Below are positions 37,345 to 49,153 of a stretch of DNA of 64,000 bases, piece after piece. Source of the DNA: Trichosphaerium sp. ATCC 40318 (lineage: Eukaryota; Protista; Tubulinea); the NCBI GenBank assembly GCA_038496445.1, contig JALMLS010000340.1:1-64000 (forward strand). The letters run 5' to 3'. The stretch's first letter is position 1. Each line of letters starts with the position of its first letter. A program made the translations under genes and the position numbers. Below the pieces are notes generated by a model. That model searched no databases and had not been told where the DNA came from. It worked only from the letters and a program-made list of their open reading frames with translations.

Positions 37345-39307
37345 TTACAACCCTCTCCCAAATTTCTCGTTGACAGGCTGTGATAAAATATTGGGTTTTG
37401 AAACACAACCGTCAGGGGATATTAATAGTGTGGGCGCGCCAACGGGCACTTTTAAATCAGAGTGAGGACTATAATATAAGCGTTAGGCTAAAAAATGTTT
37501 GTACACGGTTTGATTCATACCAGAAATGCAGAATGGTCGCTTTTATGCTGTCAACATCTCCAGTTTTCCACCAATAAGGTATGGGCACTATTGTTATACC
37601 TGTATATCGGTTTTAGAGGGAATAAAGAAGAGACAAGTGATGCGTGTACCTTGCTTTTGGCAGAGCGCAATTTTTTCTGTGTCTCTACTGGATTGTATCA
37701 TTGCAACACCAAAGTGGCCACTATCTTGATAGTGATGTTCTCCTTGGTACTCAAACGCTAAATTTCTGCTTGGCACAAAGATGTCCAAAGTAATGCCAAT
37801 TGGTGTAGTTGTGCCTTGCTCGCTGTACAAAAATGGTTGTGCTTCTTCCACAATGTCGTCTTTTGGGAATATGCTCTTTATTGTATTTACCAACTCCCTA
37901 CCATTCATCAGGATACTTTCTATGACCACCGAACTTACCGTTGCTCTGAACGTTTGTCCTTGTCAGTTAAAGCCTCCATTTTCCAAGGGTGTTCCGGATA
38001 GGCTTTCAAGAGCATGGCAGGCCATGTAGATGCTATAGTAGTACCACCAATATTAATGAGCTGCCTTCTCGATACCCGATGCCATCCGTCCAACGTTTTT
38101 AGGTTAAATTCTTTCTCAACATGAGAAAAGAAGGCTCGTAGGTTACGAATATCATCCCAATAACCTTCTGGTACTTTGCCTATTGGAGATGAAATTGTTA
38201 GCTAAACTACTCGCGGTGTTCTCTGCTTACTAAACTTCCAATCAACCCAGTTCTCCGTTGGATACATGCGTTTGAGGAAGGACACAAGGTTTCCACCAAA
38301 ATGGCTTGCTTACTGTGAGTGTACTCAAAAAAACGTGTCATGCTTACGTACAATAAAAAACCACCTCCATGCAGCTGTCGTATGTCCTCTCGTTTGATGT
38401 TGTACCAATCCTCTGGCTTATTGATACCTAGTTCACTCTCCGCCTAAGTGATATAATCGGTTATAGTGCGTGGGGTGTAAAGATAGGAGTCTTACATAAC
38501 GTAAGAAAGCTTTTGCATTTTTTCTGTTCGCCCAAAAATTGGTAGACTTTTCTGGCTCAAGATGGTTAACAATAAAACAAATCTATCAGTTTTGTGGCTT
38601 ACCAAAGCCTTTAGTAGACCATTTGTACTCTATAAAGATAGCCCTGACCATCTTTTCTACGCTATTATCGTAGAGCCTTCAAGTCACGTGAGGCGTGCAT
38701 AATTTAACTATTTTTTTCACGTACTGTAGCAAACCCAACCCGTTGCGGTTTTGTACGTCACTAGCAAATACTTTGCGCCAATCCGCGGCTGTAAATACAC
38801 GAAGTGGACGGGCGATCTTGCTGACGTTTAGATGTCACATCACTGTTGGCGTTAGTACCTCTTGCAAGAATGCACGTTGGTTGCTGATTGACTCCCAGTA
38901 GTTTTTTGGCGGTGAAGCAAACTTCCAATCCCAAAAAGTGTAGTCAGGGTACACAAACTCTAGGAGGGGCTTCAATTTAGCGGCGTAGTAGCTGTAAGGT
39001 TGGCTGTTAGTAAAATTGTTTTTATGATAAGTCACGTACGTGATGAGGCTATTGGCGTCATCCCCGAGCGTAGAGAACAGCAGTGCTGTCTTATCATACC
39101 AGTCTGAAATGTCTTTTATGCAAAATACCTCTTCTGCCTTTTAAACTTAGCTGCATGGATATCAATCGTTCTTACATAACGAACAACTTCTAACTGACGC
39201 TGTTCATTCTTCCAATAATGTGCTGGGCGTTTAAATCTTTTGCGTGGTAATCCTTGTGGCGAAGGTGTGCTTTTCTTCTTCCTTGCTCTCCGTGAGATGA
39301 TTTTCAT
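37345..39307 (-). CDS. DWY-repeat / PD-(D/E)XK-like nuclease protein, paralogue 4 (4 repeats, basic N-terminus, no ligase)
   Basis: RPAHYWKNEQRQ...ISDWY; PPKNYWESISNQRAFL; KPEDWY; VPEGYWDDIRN; KRSEQR|EL; LDIFVPSRNLAFEYQGEHHY; G|ITIVPIPYWW. An extra 5' exon is possible. Confidence 0.85.
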
Positions 39308-39491
39308 CTAGCATTTGTACTCAAATTGACTCATTTTTGCTCTATTTGCGTTACGCACTTGCTGTCAAGTACGTTATACCATACTTTCGAACTACATCTG
39401 TACATTTATGTTAACAGACAAACAAAGGTTCCAGACGATGCCTACGTTCTAAGCAGCCCTATACGCAATTGTATGCATCAGCGCGTATTTA

Positions 39492-41624
39492 ATGCGCGTA
39501 GGGACATTCGCGCGGTTTCCCAAACGCCACTGGCAAGACTCTAAAAACCAGAAAGCGTTTCTAGAAACAGTTGGGCGTCGGTTAGACATTTATACGTATG
39601 ACAACTGGTACACCCTCACATTTGACGACATAACCCAGTTTGGTGGAGATGGGATAAAGAACATGTACGCATGCCTCATACGAGACGTTTTTAGTTCGCA
39701 TGTTTATCGTTGACACATGGAGCACCTAGTTTTGGTCGTTCTATTGCCCAGTGCTTGGCTTCAAATTATCCTCATCACCAATGGAAGCCATGGCGCTTTA
39801 CGTACGTCACAGGAAGAACTTTGATGGTTTTTAAATGTTTGATTTATTCGCCAATACTTAGTCATTTGACAGGCACTCACCAAACCGGTACTGGAGCAAC
39901 ACGTACAATCAACGTGATGCGTTTGAAGAAATTGCACAAGACCTGGACGTCAAATTGTTTGATGGATGGTATGATGTCACAGTGAGGAATGTTCATGACA
40001 AAGGCGGACGAGGCATACTCAACATGTACAACGTCATTGGTTCCTTTAATTAAACTTACAAGAGTTGTATCCAGGTATGGTGATTCCCTAGCGCAGTGCC
40101 TACAGACATTGTACCCAGAATACGCATGGCAGCCTTGGCGATTTTTGTGCGTTATATCATGTTTTGCTTGAAAAGGTAGTTGGAGTTGCTAACTTTGATC
40201 TGAGTACTAAAGGTCTGCTCCTCAAGGTTATTGGAGTGATATCAATAATCGACATGCTGCTATTGATGACATTGCAAGGCGCCTTGACGTTAAGCAATGT
40301 TCAGATTGGTATAAGGTGACGCTACAAGCCATGTGTGACAATTACGGCAGAGGAATTTTAAACGTGTAAGAGCAAAACCTCTATCACATATTTGTGACCA
40401 ACCTTTTCGTTATGTTAGCTATGGCAACTCATTTGTGCAGTGCATGACCACCTTATTTCCAGATTTCAAATGGAACTATATGCTTCTCAAGTACGCATAA
40501 TTTAGTTGTATCGAGTCAATGAGATTATCAGTCATAGCCTCAAGAAAATAGATTAAAATAGTTGGTATTTTTAGGTACAAAGCTGATGTAGTTAAGAAAC
40601 AAACGATGGCGTTTGAGAGTCTCAGGAGAAATCTCCCTAAAACGAGAAGGACCAATTCTTGGGTGGCTTCTGGGTTTCGTTCTTGGGATAGAGAAGTCGA
40701 CCAGAAGGCTTTCTTGTGGAAACTGAAAGAGAGTCTAAACATCAACAGCCCTGACTTGTGGTACATTTTCTTTTTTTCTTGAAAAAATACGTTTTGCTTA
40801 AGCTCACGTGTTTGCTCTAGGTATAGAGTTTCAGCTCGCCAAATAAAAGAATATGGTGGTAGTGGGTTGCTTTCCTATTGGCCACAAGTCCTTGGTAGTA
40901 TAGAGCCTAATTATCCATGGCGGTGGAAACACTTTAGCAGGCAAAATGGATTGCGTATACAAGCTAAACAAAGGCATGAGTAGTAACCAACTTGCATCCA
41001 AAAATTTAATTATTCATTGCAGATTACTTGTTCAATGCATTTCTACTATATTCCCAGATACACAAGTGATTGAAGAGGGTATACTCGAGTTGAGACGTGC
41101 TAGTCAAGTACACTTGTCTGTAGACGTATACGTACCAGAATATAATCTTGCATTTGAGTACCAAGGTACATTCTGACGCGCCGTACTTTCTTCATGCTCA
41201 ACTCAAATAAAGGAGAACAACACTATGGAGACTCGTATATCACTGGGCATTATGGCGAAGTACAGAAAATACGTGACTTGGAAAAGAAACAACAGTGCGA
41301 AAGCGTTGGTCCGTGTCACGTTGTATTTTTGAGTTGTTTGAATTTTCGTACTGATTGATTGTTGAACAAATAGGTATATGTCTTATCGCCATACCGTACT
41401 GGTGGGAAGGAGATTTAGACACTATCGCAGCTACAATAAATCATTTTGTGCCTACTTTACGCCTGTCACAAGGGACTAATGCAGAACCTATCCTTGAGAC
41501 GCTTAATGGTATAATAGGAGGTACTTACTACCACCAATAATATTCATTTTACTCATTTCTTATCTTTTTAGATTCAAGTCTCATGTCCTGTCAGCAGATA
41601 GCTCTACACTGTAAACTTAAGTAG
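39492..41624 (+). CDS. DWY-repeat / PD-(D/E)XK-like nuclease protein, paralogue 5 (4 repeats, no ligase)
   Basis: FPKRHWQDSKNQKAFLE...DNWY; SPNRYWSNTYNQR; APQGYWSDINNR; LWYRVS; VDVYVPEYNLAFEYQG|EQHY; G|ICLIAIPYWW. The 5' end is uncertain. Confidence 0.83.
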
Positions 41625-41748
41625 TTGATACCTTGGGTTTATTATTATTTTATTTACAGGTATGGTACCCCCCTTTTGTATTCGATAAACTTTGTACATT
41701 ACACGCAATAAATAAATACTTTTTTATCTTCTTCGTTTTTGTCACGTG

Positions 41749-43469
41749 TTAAAAAAATGTCATATTCGCTGGCATTGTAGGACTCATAGTGCTATTTGAT
41801 GGTTTGTTGTGATGCTTCGTAGCGTCGACAATGTTCATGACATTAACAACAAATCCCATTATGCCACCAATAACAGAGAAGACTAATAGAATATAGCACA
41901 ACCATCGCATGTAGGTAACCTCACGTTTTTCCCAGCATATCTTAATCAGAAATAACGCCGGCAACACATACGCTATCATTGTGCTAGTAGTGGCACCAAT
42001 GAGGCCGTAAACTAATTCTATATCTTCCACAAGTATGGCAATACCACTTGCAAGCGCGAGCAAGCCTGCGCTCTCCAGTAAACTCCAAATCTTAAGAAAA
42101 AAATGAGAAACTCAGAACCGAAAAAGGATAAAAAGCCAGAACGTACGGCAGAGCTACGTTTTGAGCCTAGTGTCAACGAGTGGAAGTTTTCTCTGCACTC
42201 GTATGAGAATAAAGGTACGGCAAGACCACTACCAAGAGCAAAGGCAACCTTAATTACATCAAAGATTACTCTAGACGCCTTGGATGTCCCTTGAAAATTG
42301 GTCAAAATGAAAGATTGTGTTTCTTCATAATAAGTGAAGTAAGCCAATAGTCCAAAAAGCATATAAATCCCACCAGAAAATGCAACAGATACATTAGACA
42401 CAAGCTCCATCTTTTCAGGTCGCTTCAGTTCGTTTTGAATAGGCAAGATGTTGACTTGACATCCGTACGCAAAGAAGATGATTGCGAGACCTCTGAAGAA
42501 TCCAAAATTCAGGGAAACCCAATTGATCCTATCTTCCATAAAGCCTTTCTTTTTTACGTTATATGTCACTTCATATGCCGCCAAAACAATGAGGGCGATG
42601 ACAAATACTATCGCCACTGCTGAGACATAACCGAGGAGTGCTATACGCCGTAGTGATACTGCAGGGAACAACAACAGTGCATAACAAGCAATGACAAATC
42701 TCTTGTCACTGTACCAATGTACACCAAGGTGTACTTCCAGGAGCTGAGAAAAGATGATGCCAAATACCTCCAAATAAAGCACGCAAAGACCGAAATTGTT
42801 GATGACAATCACAAGTTGCACGGCTATTTCTCCAGGTTTTCCAAATGTACGTCTTGCTAGTCCACGAAATGACTTTTCATGCGTCAGCTCAGCGAGGTAT
42901 ATGAGGAGGTAGTTAGAAAAGAATGTTGCGAGGATATTGACCACATTCAACACTAAAAACAACGATACACTCGCTTGCTTAACAGCTAGCGGTATTGCAA
43001 TGAGCGACACGCCACCTGTAATTAAAATAATTAATACGTGTCACTTACTCTTTTAGATATGTCTGGCGTCAAAAAAAGAAAGTGCAACTCAAAAAAGTGG
43101 CTGTAAAACAGGAAAAGTACCGAAAAGTGTACCGAAAAAATAACGATTACAAAACGTAAATTCGCCTTTGGTTACTGTACGCAATTTTCATTGTGCACAA
43201 CGACTAATATGGGCTCTATTTGATGTTGATACACTGTTTTCCGGTACATTTGCGAATGTATAAAACAATACACTAAACGTACCCGCTAAAATTGTATTGA
43301 CTAAGTTAAATATGGCGCCATAGACTGATCCTGTCCTTCTTTTGTTCAATTGGGTTATATGAGGCTTACTGTCATCTATTAACGTCGTTACCTCGTCGGA
43401 ATGGCTACTCGTGCTACAACTATCGCTATTCAGTGACAATGGCGTATGATGCGGCGAATTAGTTGACAT
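41749..43469 (-). CDS. Amino-acid transporter (Aa_trans / SLC38-like)
   Basis: GSVYGAIFNLVNTILAG, FFAYGCQVNILPIQNELK, YGLIGAT...YVLPALF; ~11 TM segments. Confidence 0.9.
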
Positions 43470-43560
43470 GCGCTCAAAAGGGTAGTTAGGAAATGAATTG
43501 ACATTTCGGGTTTTGTTAGTTTGATTGCTGTTGTCAAGGGAACACGGAGCGTTATAATTA

Positions 43561-44438
43561 ATGACTGATACAGATAGACAGGAGTTCAGGGCGCTTTTTG
43601 CTTTGGCTGAGCAAGTAGGTCAGAATTCACCAAATACAGCATCCCATGATGGTAGTGGCGAAGAAGATAATGTATCAGGCCGTGAATTGCGATTATTACC
43701 GTTTAATGTAGAATTTGCTGAAACAGAAGAGCACGCTCATACAATTAAGGCGAACGCGTTATTGAGAGGCGATAAAGCAAGCTATATCTCTAAACGAAGC
43801 AATAACGTTGATATTATTCTTAAATTCGCGTCAAACACACTCTATTGTATAACACACTGTATTGTACAAGTAACAGAACCCCAAAGGCACGTTGGAGACT
43901 CGGTTTCGTACCATTCCGTCTCTTACTCGTTGTTTAGTGCATTGCTTCGTGGTAGCGCCTTATGTGACGCTCTCATCTTCTTTGCGCATGGTAACTGGTT
44001 TGAATTGTTAAAACCCAAACTGACCACGTGTCTAGAGGTGCCTGATTTGGAGAAGGCTGCAGCGTTTAATGACTTTGATTCAGAAAAGTGGGCGAGCTAC
44101 GTAGCTCGTAAACAAGAAAAGAAGGAACCTTGGCGACATGATGAGCCAGGGATGTATTTTAGGTTTAAGCCGAACGAATGGTTAGTATCTGTTTTATGTA
44201 AACTACTATCCGTTCATTGTCTCACCTAGTTACTAGGTGCAAAGTCCGCAAACTAGACCCACCACGTTCAGGTAGATACGTGCTTATAAAACTACTTCGG
44301 TCGAGGAGAACAGATGAGCCTATAGAAGTACAGGTTTGTCATTTCCCTCCTTAATAATTTTTTTTCATTCTTGTCTAGCGCATTGCCTTTCAAGGTTTCG
44401 TCGGTAGCCAGAGTTTTGGACACGTGCAGGCCATATAG
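43561..44438 (+). CDS. Hypothetical protein, possibly a beta-sandwich (galactose-binding-like) fold
   Basis: Long ORF plus spliced C-terminus LDPPRSGRYVLIKLLRS...IEVQRIAFQGFVGSQSFGHVQAI*. The GRY(V/I)L.K motif is typical of jelly-roll domains; the fold call is inference. Confidence 0.6.
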
Positions 44439-44636
44439 AAATATTACCGCGCCATCTGTACATAATACTTTTAAGAGCGTGGATTACATATATCGTCATT
44501 TCACATAAAACTTTTTGACAATTATCGTCTAGTAAACATGTTTCACTGCTTACGTTAAACTGTGATGTGAAGTTACATTAACGTTTCCATTTATTCCTCG
44601 TGTTTAAAATAGTGCAATACAGGGCATGGATGAAGT

Positions 44637-45829
44637 CTACTGCCAATTGATTGGCTTTGGTAATTTTACACCGTCCACCTTTATCTGAACCTTTTCATTG
44701 TAAAAACAGATGTGGTCCTTGATTTTGGTCATCTCAGGTATAGTGCTGCAGTATTGCCAAGCAACTTGATTGGCTGTCTGGTCGCCTACACTTACATTCC
44801 AGTATGATGCGGTGCCTTTGTAAGGGCATACAGTACTCTAAAGGGGCATGTAAGTAATAAAATAAAGTAACTTTGAAATCACGTGATTTATCACTGGAAA
44901 CTTGACCCACAAAAATTATTGAGTATGTTACGTAGTACACGTACCTTATCGTCTTTTGTCATATGTTCCATGCTGACATCTTTTTCAGGTAGGTAGTATC
45001 GATCAACCATTCCTGTTTCATATACGATGATAGGATCGCTACAATCAGCAACTTTTTGATCATTGATGAAAACCTCAACATGTCTTGAACTCTTTATAGC
45101 ATCAACTCTCTTCCAAGGGTTTCTTGGATGCAAAAAAACTTGTTCTTCTTCCTCCATGATTTTATCAAACTCTCTCCACTCAAAACAAACGTAATCTTTA
45201 AACATCAAGTCTAAAATCATCAATGCAGCGTCTTTACGTTCATCTTGACCAACTTTAACATGATAACGTTGAGTAGGGCCTAGTTTTGGTTCATGTTAGT
45301 TTTTTTGAAAGTTGGCGAAAATGTATGGTTTTGTACCGAGCTCTGCATGGAAGGATTGGCCCAATTTACTTTGTACAAAGAGATCTACGCGACAATCCTT
45401 CTTCGGAATGAGGTAAAGAGGGAAGTACCGGCGCATCCAGTATATAGCCTCTAACAGTTGTTGTTACGCTTTTGGTGGTATTTTACACAAGTTCGCGTTT
45501 AGTTGGGGTTACCTTTTGTATCAAATACGCAAGCATCGCCTATGTAGCCTCTTATCCATCTCGGGCATTTAGAAAAGCGTGGGAGACACTCTAAGCATTT
45601 GGCATAGTTTACATCGTCAACAGGCCTGTCTAGTACGTCGTTTCCTTTCTTTTGTTGGTTTTCTACACGTTGTTGGCGAAAAAAAAACTCACACAGAAAT
45701 GTAATAAATCGTATTACTTTTGCGCTGTTCCGCGTGGTGAGTCTTCTGACAATACTCTTGCCAAAGAGCAACCAAAAATCCACCCAAACATGCAAAGAGG
45801 CCGTAAATGACCATTTCGTGAAGTAGCAT
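44637..45829 (-). CDS. DUF427 (NTP_transf_9) tandem-domain protein with N-terminal hydrophobic segment
   Basis: HPRNPWKRVD, YETGMVDRYYLP, CPYKGTASYW, HICFYNEKV. Proposed N-terminus MLLHEMVIYGLFACLGGFLVALW. Confidence 0.8.
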
Positions 45830-46042
45830 TGCGTCTTTGATGTCTATTGTACTCCTTAAATAAGTGTTACATGTATTTCTCCATTTCTGCCTTAAACGAA
45901 CACGTTTTTTTTTTGGAAGAGCTTTGTTTTGGTATTCACGCGAGAATGTGCTCAAAAAATTAACATCCTCCAGATTTGTTCAAGATTTTGTTTTTTTTAC
46001 TAAAGTCACATTTTTGCAGTTTTGTTACTGTCCACACAGCGG

Positions 46043-46779
46043 CTACAATTCAAATTCTAACACTTCCTCTTCATCCTCTTCCTCCTTAGCCGCTCGCCTT
46101 TCTTCCAAACTTTGCACTTTGATGCCATCACAAACTAACCCACGTGTCAAAATATGTTATAAATACTTGTTAACACGTGGTACGCACCTCCAGTGACCGC
46201 ATTACATAGCTCCTCAGCCTTATTTTCGCCATCTTTGTAGAAGACTTTCTCTATCTCTTCCTCGTACTCAGCTAGAAACTCCTGACATACAGGTAGCATA
46301 TCATGAACTGCGTACTGGGCACTAAAAGTATGTGAGATCGCTTAGACAGTACTTTACGTACTCTCCTAGGCTCTTGTACGAACAAATAACTGGATCTTCC
46401 ATCGCTTCCATTATTGCTGATTCTGAAAATTGTCTTGTAAGCTTTAGCATAACGTTGTAAACGCCTTTGGCTTGAGTGACGTGTAACGTGTTAAAAATGA
46501 TAATAATTTCCTTCAGTTTGCGTTCTATGCCATGAAACGAACTACAACGTGCCTCTTGAATGCATGTAACTACCACCTGTCATCAGTGACGCTAGTTCTG
46601 CCATTTTAAAATCAACTTGAATAACTACAGCGTGGCACGCTAGTAATATGTCATACATACATCTTCTGGCAATTTAATTTTTTTGTACCCTGACATTTCA
46701 TCCCTTGTTCATCTGTGTACGCCTTAGACAACACAAAGCTCATTGAGATCACCAAAACTACTGTAAAAAAACTTTTCAT
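46043..46779 (-). CDS. Canopy (CNPY/DUF3456)-like saposin-type ER protein
   Basis: Signal peptide MKSFFTVVLVISMSFVLS; KCQ|ACHAVV; ESAIMEAMEDPVIC; CQEFLAEYEEEIE; LC..TG|VC; acidic tail ending EFEL*. Confidence 0.72.
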
Positions 46780-46889
46780 GGTGCTGAAGTTGAGGATTTA
46801 GTTGAATTCAATTTTTTGATTTTGTTTGAATTTTTAACGGCGGTCAAAAAAGCGTGTTTCGTGTACCTTTATCATCAAAGCATAACAAC

Positions 46890-48261
46890 ATGAGTGGTGG
46901 AGATGTACAGCAACTTATTGCTGTTATTGGTGACGCTTATCTTGATATAATGGCAACAGGCGTAAATTCTCTACCACGATGGGGCACCGATACGTACGTG
47001 CGTAGTATTAGCGTTTATTGATATTTTTAATAACTTGACACCAAGGACACCAAAAGACATCCAATTCGCTGTTGGAGGCTCAGCTGTTAACACCTGTCAT
47101 CATTTACATGGCCTTGGATCCAACAGTACCCTTTTTGTGTCTCTGGGTACGACAAGCCTTTTATTTGCGACAACTAGTCAAATAATCAACTGCTTTTTCT
47201 CACTTGGTGTCAAGTATCGACTCTCTCACGCCTTTACTAAGGCAACGACGACAGCGGCAAAATGCTAGAAGCAAAGTACAAAGAAGCGGGTATTAACACA
47301 GAAGGTGTAGTGATGAAGAATGGCGTCTCAACATCAGTGTGTATTGTTGTAAGTGGCGCCAAAGACAGGTAAAAAAAAACCACGTGCAGGTATGATTTCC
47401 TTACTGTTATGAAAGGTTCTTTGTGAGCTGTAGTGAAGCTAATTCAGCGTTATGTCTGAACGATATAAACGTTGGAACATTAAAGTTACAAACACACGTG
47501 CACGTGACAGGTTATTACGTGCTAGACAAGATACTTTGTTCGCCTTTTTATAAATTATTACAAAATCTTCGACAATCAGGCGTTGTTATCTCCTTGGGTA
47601 CGCCTCGCATGCACTGAAATTTAACAGAAGTGAACAATAACGTGCTGTTATTAGACACACAGTATGATGCAAAGGAGAAGTGGATCATTGAAGACGAGTT
47701 GTTAAGTGCAGTTGATATCTTCATGCCAAATGAACAGGAAGCCATGGGCGTATCACACTGTACTTCTATACCAGAAGCTCTCAATGCATTGTGTAATAGA
47801 ATGCCACATGCATTAATCATAATAAAATGTGGAGCTGATGGAGCCATAGCAGGGTACGATTGAATCAAATGCAATCAGAAAAATTACAAAAAACGGTTAA
47901 CTTGTTCTTAGGTCACTGGATCATGCAAAATTTCCAATGAACACAATGCCTGAAAAAGCATCTCCTTTGCTTCCTGAAGGACTTAAAAACTGTTTGCACG
48001 TTTCTACACCAAGTATAGAGTTTAGAGATGCTACAGGAGCCGGTATGGACCAATTTTTATAATGCCGAAAACTAAGGCTTTTCTTCTAATCTAGGTGATG
48101 CTTTTGCTTCTGGGTTTCTGTATGCTTACCACAATAAAAAATCAATTAAAGAATCCTTAATTTATGGTTGCGCATGTGGAGCTGTGATATGTACAAAGTA
48201 TGGCGCATGTACAACAATACTTACAAGAGATATGGCTCAAGCTCTTCTAAATAAAAATTAA
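46890..48261 (+). CDS. pfkB-family carbohydrate kinase (ribokinase-like)
   Basis: VIGDAYLD, GGSAVN, DIFMPNEQEA, IKCGADGA, DATGAG|DAFASGF signature. Confidence 0.92.
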
Positions 48262-49153
48262 CAATTTGATGTACGCTTTATCAACATCATTTATATTGCA
48301 CATGTAACAGTATACGTACAACTGCATTTAATGCCAAACTGTGGTAAGCCACTTAACTACATTCTCTTAGGGTAGGTACTTACCACACAAGATAGAGTAC
48401 GTGACGCATGAAGGCTCAAAAGCGCAAACACTTGTGTGTTACTGTAAAGACAAGTAATTTTGAGATCCGTCCTCTTAGAACCCTCAAATTCTGTAACCTA
48501 CAGATAACATCGTACACCAGCGCTATAACCCCTATACGAGCACGGCTTGTTGATACTCAACAAATCATACACTACACGGCATACTCCAAGCATGAAGCCT
48601 CGTTAGCATGAGATTTGAAGTTGAATTGTTGAGTTTTAAAAGAGCCTAGCACCCTAGTATCTTGACATTATTTTTAGATTACCGTGGCCTCAAGTATGGA
48701 CCAGAACGTAGTAACAACAAATATGGACGGAGTCCATCTCTCGAAGGGCGCAGACATACTAGTGCTGATCGTCACGGAAACGCACCAATAGTACGACATT
48801 AGTCATTGGCGACAATCTCACTAACCTTGGTTTTTCAGCAACGTCAAAGCTTGGTAAAAAGAAACTAAATGATCAATACTAATGAACCCAGAAAGGCATC
48901 TTAAAAGTTTTACACTGTTGTCCATTGTCGCTGTTCACTTAAACTGGCACGCGCTGAGTTCAAAAAAACAAAAAACGGTTATTCTGTCTCTAGCACATTC
49001 TTTAACTTGGAGTGTCTTTGTGGTATTAATTTTTTTCAGTAAACAGGTTGGTTCAATCCGACAGTACAGCAACTGTTGCTGAAAATTTCCAAATCTACAA
49101 CGAACAGAAGCGTGCGACCTCTTATTATTAGAAAATAAAACGAGAGTAACGTC

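Noticed and set aside
10729-41624. Interpreting the repeat-nuclease genes as active mobile elements or homing endonucleases
   Set aside because: No TIRs, TSDs or host introns are visible; the copies are highly diverged, intron-rich with shared intron positions, and lie in CpG-normal genic DNA.
48330-48850. Possible small minus-strand membrane-protein gene (MSAPFERWTPSIFVVTTFWSILEAT...)
   Set aside because: Exon joins are ambiguous and any resemblance to Erg28 is too weak to call.
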